A stretch of DNA of 64,000 nt from Eledone cirrhosa (taxonomy: Eukaryota), in contig OZ024743.1 in NCBI GenBank assembly GCA_964016885.1, forward strand, positions 221,650,001 through 221,714,000. Direction: 5' to 3'. The notes under the pieces were generated by a model that was not told the DNA's origin, did no database searches, and worked only from the letters and a program-made list of their open reading frames with translations. The position numbers and the translations under genes were made by a program. Below, piece by piece: positions 52,717 through 64,000 of this stretch (its first letter is position 1; the number at the start of each line of letters is the position of its first letter).

Positions 52717-53271
52717 TATATATATATATATATATAATTGTTTCTACTTTTGGCACAAGGCCAGCAATTACCCAGTTCATTACTGGTACTTTATTTTATC
52801 GACCCCGTAAGGATGAAAGGCAAAGTTAACCTCGGTCGGATTTGAACTCAGACCGTAAAGGGACGTAACTATGCTGGAAAGCATGGCAGCTGACCCTCTA
52901 CTGATACTGCCAATTCAAATGTAAGCTAACTGGATTAAGTGAAAAACAATCTAGTTATACACATTTACACATTAAATACAAACAAATTCTATCGAGACAC
53001 AGACATAATTGTGTTTCTGCAAACTTAGGGCATTTATATTATACGGGAAACTTTCTTCAGCTGGAAGGTATAATAGATATTTCAATTCTATTAGGTTATA
53101 TACACTGGCGACAACAGAATACGCAAAGTCGCAACGGGTAAATATTAAATTGAATGCATTGGAATACTGATATTTTATAAGTTTATTTTAATAAAGGTCG
53201 TGACGTGACAGATTCGATGGAATGCCAAACCCATACAATGGCACATATCTTAATTTGTTTTAAAATAGTTA

Positions 53272-53921
53272 TACTATATATAAAACTAAGGATGTTTGTC
53301 TCTGTGTGTCTGTGTATGTCTGTGAGTTTGAATCCCTAAAATTCGAGAGGTACCCAACCGATTTTTTTTTAATTTACATGTGTATTACTTATGTTTCAGG
53401 GAGTGTTATACACATAAAAAAATTCAACTTTTTCTTCCCCTAGGGCCCGCATTAGGTGAAAAACTGCGTTTTTCTTTTACATTTTAGGGTTTTTTGAGGC
53501 GTTACGTTAGACCGATTCCTTGAAATTGTAACTATGTATTAGCCAGTCTCTTCTTCATACCGTGAGCAAAGAAAATCCAACTTTTTCATGGCCTAGGGCC
53601 TGCATTAGGTGAAAAACTTCATTTTTTCAGCTTTTTAGGGCTTTTTGGAGGCGTTACGTCTAGCCGATTTTCCCGAAATTTCAAGGCATATTATGCACAT
53701 AAAAAAAATTCATTTTCTTGATCCCCTAGAGCCCGCATTAGGTGAAAACCTGCATTTTTCCTGCTTCATCGAGTAAAGTCTTAAAGATTATCCAACCATC
53801 AGAGTATTCGGTTTATTTTCTTTACATATTGTTCAGGCATGCAGTTTTTCCACGATTAGGTCTGTTGGTGGCCCGCGTTCCAAAATACCTAACCCCGTGC
53901 AACGCCGGGTACCACTACTAG
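53272..53921 (+). mobile_element. Non-autonomous Helitron with internal ~135-155 bp tandem repeats
   Basis: CTATATATAAAA start, subterminal hairpin CCCGTGCAACGCCGGG, CTAG|T end; CCTAGGGCCCGCATTAGGTGAAAA-like motif three times. Confidence 0.75.
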
Positions 53922-54116
53922 TACTATATAACATCAAGTTCCTTTTTTATAGCTCTAAACTTTCCTTTAAGACGTTCTTTGCTAGATTCTTGCATAGACG
54001 TATAATTTTGTTGTATTTTGATGTATACATATATGTGTGTGTGTGTGTGTACTTTTGCCTCTGTATATATGTGATATATGTGTGTGTGTTCACATGTGTA
54101 TTTTTGTATGTAAATA

Positions 54117-54161
<45 letters not shown>

Positions 54162-54235
54162 AGTGTGTGACTTTGGAGTTTATATATTATATATGTTCTT
54201 AGTGTGTATGTATATGTTTATACACACACACACAT

Positions 54236-54324
<89 letters not shown>

Positions 54325-54948
54325 TGCGTGCGTACGTGTTTGAGTATGTGTATGTATATACACATATATAGGCGTATGTTTGTGTGCATTCAAATGTGTG
54401 TGTATATGTGTGTGTGCGTGTGTGTATGTGTATGTGTATATGTTTGTGTATGTGTATGTGTATAAGTATGTGTATGTGTATGTGTGTGAATGCACGCGTA
54501 CCGATTTTTCTGTCCACTGAGACTAGTGGCTAGATAAACAATATACGTGTTAGAAACAATTTATCTGGTGTTTTTGTTAGATGAACGAAGATTATTGGAG
54601 GTCAACTTTCTGAATCGTTTCTAAATTGGTTATCGTGAAAAACAATAAAAAATAAAGAAACCATTATCAGTGGTGTGTCTTTCAAAATGGTGCATTCGAA
54701 TAAAAACTAATAAAAACATCCAAATTAAAACGAAAATAAAATAGAAAACATTTCTTTTGTTTTTAAGGTGGATGACTATTGAGGGGTTGTGTGGGGAGAA
54801 GTGAGAAAACTGAGAGAAGAAGTTAAAGTAGGGAATAACATAAATATAAAGGGAGAGAGGGAGATAGATAGATGTATGGATAGAGGGAGATAGATAGAGG
54901 GATATGGGGAGATAGATAGATAGATTGAGAGAGAGAGAGATGGGAGAG

Positions 54949-55014
<66 letters not shown>

Positions 55015-55099
55015 GGATAGATATATATAGATAGATATGATGATATTTGGATATATATATATATATATATATATGTGTATATATATATAGGGGTACAAA

Positions 55100-55295
55100 G
55101 TCTTCGTACTCCTGGGTTGCACATTTTTTCGGGGGTATGTGTTACCCATATGAAATGTCTCCCCCTATTGGGGAAAATCGATTAATTTTTAAATTACATT
55201 TGTGATAGTATTTTACACGTTTTTATTGTATGTAAACTTCCCCCTTTGTATTTGTCCCCTTCTTTTGTGCCCCTGTGGATAATAAAGAAACATAT
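55100..55295 (+). mobile_element. 3' UTR fragment of a Tx1-like LINE related to 21810-22050
   Basis: GTCTCCCC.CTATTGGGGAA and CCC.TGTGG.TAATAAAGAAA shared with the reverse complement of 21810-21960. Confidence 0.6.
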
Positions 55296-55311
55296 CTATC
55301 TATCTATCCGC

Positions 55312-55442
<131 letters not shown>

Positions 55443-55665
55443 TAGAGAGTAACACATACCCCCCGAAAAAATGTGCAACCCTCATCTCCAGGAGTACGAA
55501 GACTTTGTACCCCTTTCCTCTCTTCCTCTTTTTCCTCTACCTACAGGCTGATATAGAGAGAAGGCCCATAGATAGATAGGCCCATAGATAGAGTATTGTT
55601 TCCTATTGTTTTAACGTGGAATGGTAATTGCTTTTGAACGTCATATTAGCAACATATTATTCCTA

Positions 55666-58960
<3,295 letters not shown>

Positions 58961-59287
58961 GTTGTAACTACTAATTTAATTTAGTGATCTGTGTTACAAT
59001 TTTTGAAGTGGAATGGAGTGAAGTGGTTTCTTGTTATTTTGGTTTTCAGTTTATTTGTTTCATTGTTATTTATTTATTTAGATGTAGTTCCTTATCATGT
59101 GAGAAAATGGTCGTGGTGTTCTTTGGCGGCAAGACGCTCTGTAATGAGATATGTGAGGTGAGCCTAATGAAGATTTTTAGGAAAGGTGTCGAGCAAGAAT
59201 TATGCAGTTGCATATCCTAAATATTTCAGCGTGTGAAAATTAAAATATGTCTATTTATGTGTGTCTGCATGAGTACATACATGTATG

Positions 59288-59340
<53 letters not shown>

Positions 59341-59350
<10 letters not shown>

Positions 59351-59790
59351 AGAAGCAAAAAGTTGCTTATTGTAATACAGTTCTTGGTTAAGAAAGCCAG
59401 TTTCATGGATGGTTTCAACGTACTGTTAGGGGTAACTCCACAAGTTTGTAAGAATTCCGTTCAATCTTGGAGTATAAAGTATAAAAGATAAAACACAGGT
59501 AAGCATTAAGAGAAGGATTTTATCCAGGTATTTACGACCGTTTCATTGGTAAGTGCAACCTTATATTGCTATACTGCAAATAGCAGCCACTCAATTATAA
59601 TTGTTGTTCACGTCCAAATTTTCAAAATAGTGAGGCTCACTAATTTGAAAATTTGGACTGTGAACAACAATTATAATTGAATGGCTGCTATTTGCAGTAT
59701 AGCCATATAAGGCTGCACTTACCAATGAAACGGTCGTAAATACCTGGATAAAATCCTTCTGTTAATGCTTACCTGTGTTTTCTTTTTATA
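59341..59790. mobile_element. pLTR fold-back with only the 3' half of a hammerhead
   Basis: Palindrome centred at ~59635 (GTGAG-G-CTCAC), arms ~155 bp, tail 59341-59479; GAAAC-GGTC-GTA in the right arm. Confidence 0.8.
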
Positions 59791-59805
59791 TATATATATA
59801 TATAG

Positions 59806-59898
<93 letters not shown>

Positions 59899-59930
59899 TA
59901 CACGGGTGTGTATGATTGTGTATAGAAGAT

Positions 59931-60317
59931 TATATTAATAAGAGGAATTCCAACTTTGTCTGATTTACTCGTTTTATTTACAATCCTTTAAAATTTATAA
60001 TGGTATTATAATGAAATAGTATGATAGAATATTAAATTCTAAGTGTTAATTGAGCAAGTACTTTCATGCTTTCGCAATCTTCAGGTTCATAATATGTGGT
60101 GACAGTCAAGTTTGCAATTTTCAACTGACAATTGAAAATTGCAAACTTGACTGTCACCACATATTATGAACCTGAAGATTGCGAAAGCATGAAAGTACTT
60201 GTTCAATTAACACTTAGAATTTAATATTCTATCATACTATTTTATTATAATACCATTATAAATTTTAAAGGATTGTAAATAAAATGAGTAAATCAGACAA
60301 AGTTGGAATTCCTCTTA

Positions 60318-60325
<8 letters not shown>
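59931..60325. mobile_element. pLTR fold-back with two hammerheads
   Basis: Arms 59931-60124 and 60132-60325, 7-nt spacer. Confidence 0.88.
60167..60205 (+). ncRNA. Very compact (39-nt) type I hammerhead (mirror 60051-60089)
   Basis: TGAAC-CTGAAGA-T-TGC-GAAA-GCA-T-GAAA-GTAC-TT-GTTCA. Confidence 0.85.
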
Positions 60326-60406
<81 letters not shown>

Positions 60407-60932
60407 GAGGGTTATTTTTCCAAAATGAAAAAAAACGAGATGTCCTATACGAGTGAAAGTATAAGGAAAAAAGATGAAATCGAAAATGCAACTGGAGTCT
60501 TTTTAAGAATATTTATTTGGTTCCGTTATTTGTTTCGCAGTTCTTATGCTTTTCAAAAGTAGAATTGAGATAGAGGGTTTGTGGTTTTTCTCGCATATAT
60601 ATATATATATATATATATATAGTAATAATAATAAATGTGAAGACTAAAATCCAAAGAGGGTTTGATAAGGGTGAAAGCATCGATTTTTTGCTTAAACTTT
60701 AGTCTGTTATTTTAATATATATATATATATAAGTATGTATACGTACATACATATATGTATACAGACGTACAGTAGTATGTATATATATACATACATGCAC
60801 ACATATATATGTACGTATGGCTTTACCGAACATTTATTATAATGTTCAGTTTGTTTGTAAACAAACAGCCCGAATTACGCCGTACAGTGTTCAGCAACCA
60901 TCGTCGCCCTTTTGTTCAACACTGACACAGGA

Positions 60933-60975
60933 ACGATGTACTAGTTTCAAGCTTAATAGGTATCGTCAGCATCGT
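60933..60975 (-). ncRNA. Minimal type I hammerhead
   Basis: Minus strand ACGATG-CTGACGA-TACCTATTAAGCTT-GAAAC-TA-GTA-CATCGT; perfect 6-bp stem I, weak stem II. Confidence 0.75.
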
Positions 60976-61062
60976 ATACTTCCTGTCAGATGATTGAACG
61001 TTTGAAAGTATATACTTTTCCTATGCATATTAACGGCTGAGCAGCCTAATTTGCATATCGAG

Positions 61063-61139
<77 letters not shown>

Positions 61140-61141
<2 letters not shown>

Positions 61142-61390
61142 TGTATGTATAGTATATTTGGCAATATACCGTATGTTTAATTAAAAACATTTAGAAGACC
61201 ATACGCTATCAGTTTCAAAATAGTGACTATGCCACTTCTTTTCGGCGAAAGAAGTAATTGACATAGTCACTACTTTAAAACTGATAGCGTAAGGTCTCCT
61301 AAATGTTTTTAATTAAACATGCGGTATATTGCCAAATATACTATACATACATTCATGTATACATTGCTATTTCAGTGGACCAACCCTAAT
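61140..61390. mobile_element. Small asymmetric fold-back in (TA)n
   Basis: Imperfect palindrome centred near 61247 with a short tail on the right. Confidence 0.7.
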
Positions 61391-62165
61391 ATATATATAT
61401 ATACGGACGAAACCATGGTAGAGATATAATTACGGTATGTACACATTTCTTCTAAGTTTGAATTTACACCTAATTGTGTATGGTTGACGGTATATTTAGT
61501 CAGTTTCTACATGCTGTTGAAATGTTGGATAAATACTCTATTGGGGCCACCGCGAAGAGGCCGCTATCGGTTATTTGTCGGAAATTTCTTCATAGGAGCC
61601 TTTATTCTTATAGCCTGGTCTAATTGATTTTTATATGGTTAATTATGCTAATTGGGAGAGGGAATGCTATATATTGTATCTAATAATTCTAAGGACATGA
61701 TTTATGATATATATCAGATAGGGTGTGGTAGAAAAACCAGGTGGACTATAACCCGCCAGAGTACTCGATACTTGGGGTAGTAGAGTGGGTAATATGAAAA
61801 GATTCAGGAGCCCGACGATTGAGCTCGACCGTTTCGACAAATATATATATATATATATATATAAAATATTAAAAAAATAATGAATAAAACAATGAAACAG
61901 TTCCTTATATTTAACGATCGTTTCTAGGATATATATGTGTTAGAATTGGCATGTATATTCAACAGATCTATGATCGTTAAATAATGTATCTACATATATA
62001 TATATATATATATATGAGGAAGTATGACGCCGACGGCAGAGCTCAAGCCGTTTCGACGGCTATTTCTGGACTCCAGAAATAGCCGTCAATACTCACTCTA
62101 CTACCCTAAGTATTGAGTACTCTGGTGCGTTATGGTCCATCTGGTTACTTACCACAACTCCTTCG

Positions 62166-63394
<1,229 letters not shown>

Positions 63395-64000
63395 TATATA
63401 TATAATGATAAACATTGATTGCCAGCTAAATTATTTATAAAAATAGAAATGTATACTGAAGCGAAAACCAAACCAAAAAGTGTGTTTCACTTTTTTTCTC
63501 TGTCAATATTAGGACATGACCCTCCCCAAATATAAAATATCTATATGTATGTATAGTGTCGTAACTCCTGGTAGAGTCGTAGGGGCCCTATATTGACATA
63601 CAGCGTTTCTTGGACATTTTTAGCCTGGTTGTACCCAACCCTCACCCGGCCTAGGTACAGCAGATTTCTTCCAGAAAAAGATAGAAAGTGAGAAAGAGGA
63701 AATGAAAAAGAGATATAGAGGAAGAATCGACTCCATTACTAGACTGGTACTTTCTTTATCGACCTCGAAAGGATGAAAGGGGCAAAGTTGACCCGAAACA
63801 GCAGAGAGCCGGAACGAATACTTAACGCATTTTATCCGACTCTGCCAATTCGACGCCTTTACAATATCTATATATACTGTTATATATGGTATAACAAATT
63901 ATCGTTATAGGTAATCCAGTTAGAGGTTGTGAGTACTCCGTATTGTGGATAGTTTTAACGTACGGCGTTGTTTTAATACTGTAAATAAAACCCTTTTTGT

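Noticed and set aside
53437-53760. CRISPR-like or telomeric (TTAGG) repeats
   Set aside because: Long imperfect internal Helitron repeats with related spacers; no cas genes and no tandem TTAGGG array.

Overview
Eukaryotic, AT-rich, microsatellite-saturated DNA with no recognisable host gene; the SINE families and repeat landscape resemble an octopus (cephalopod) genome, which is my recognition and not a database result. Almost all ORFs in the track are artefacts of simple repeats. Real coding remnants are all mobile elements: a near-complete Penelope-like element (PLE; RT + C-terminal GIY-YIG, 48241-51985), PLE 3' fragments, a decayed Tx1/L1-clade LINE, two R4/Dong-like restriction-endonuclease LINE fragments, RTE fragments, a decayed Helitron RepHel, plus MITEs and tRNA-derived SINEs. 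The main pattern is that many of the short sequence islands between (TA)n tracts are PLE pseudo-LTR (pLTR) derived. About 13 unrelated-looking families carry roughly 26 hand-identified minimal type I hammerhead ribozyme motifs. They are inserted as asymmetric head-to-head fold-backs with two fixed 3' ends, and in many families the shorter end lies just before a shared TACTC-(N)-GAGTRCT hairpin. Two non-coding units occur as more-than-one-unit tandem copies (486 and 527 nt, retrozyme-like). All coordinates were read by eye and may be off by a few bases.
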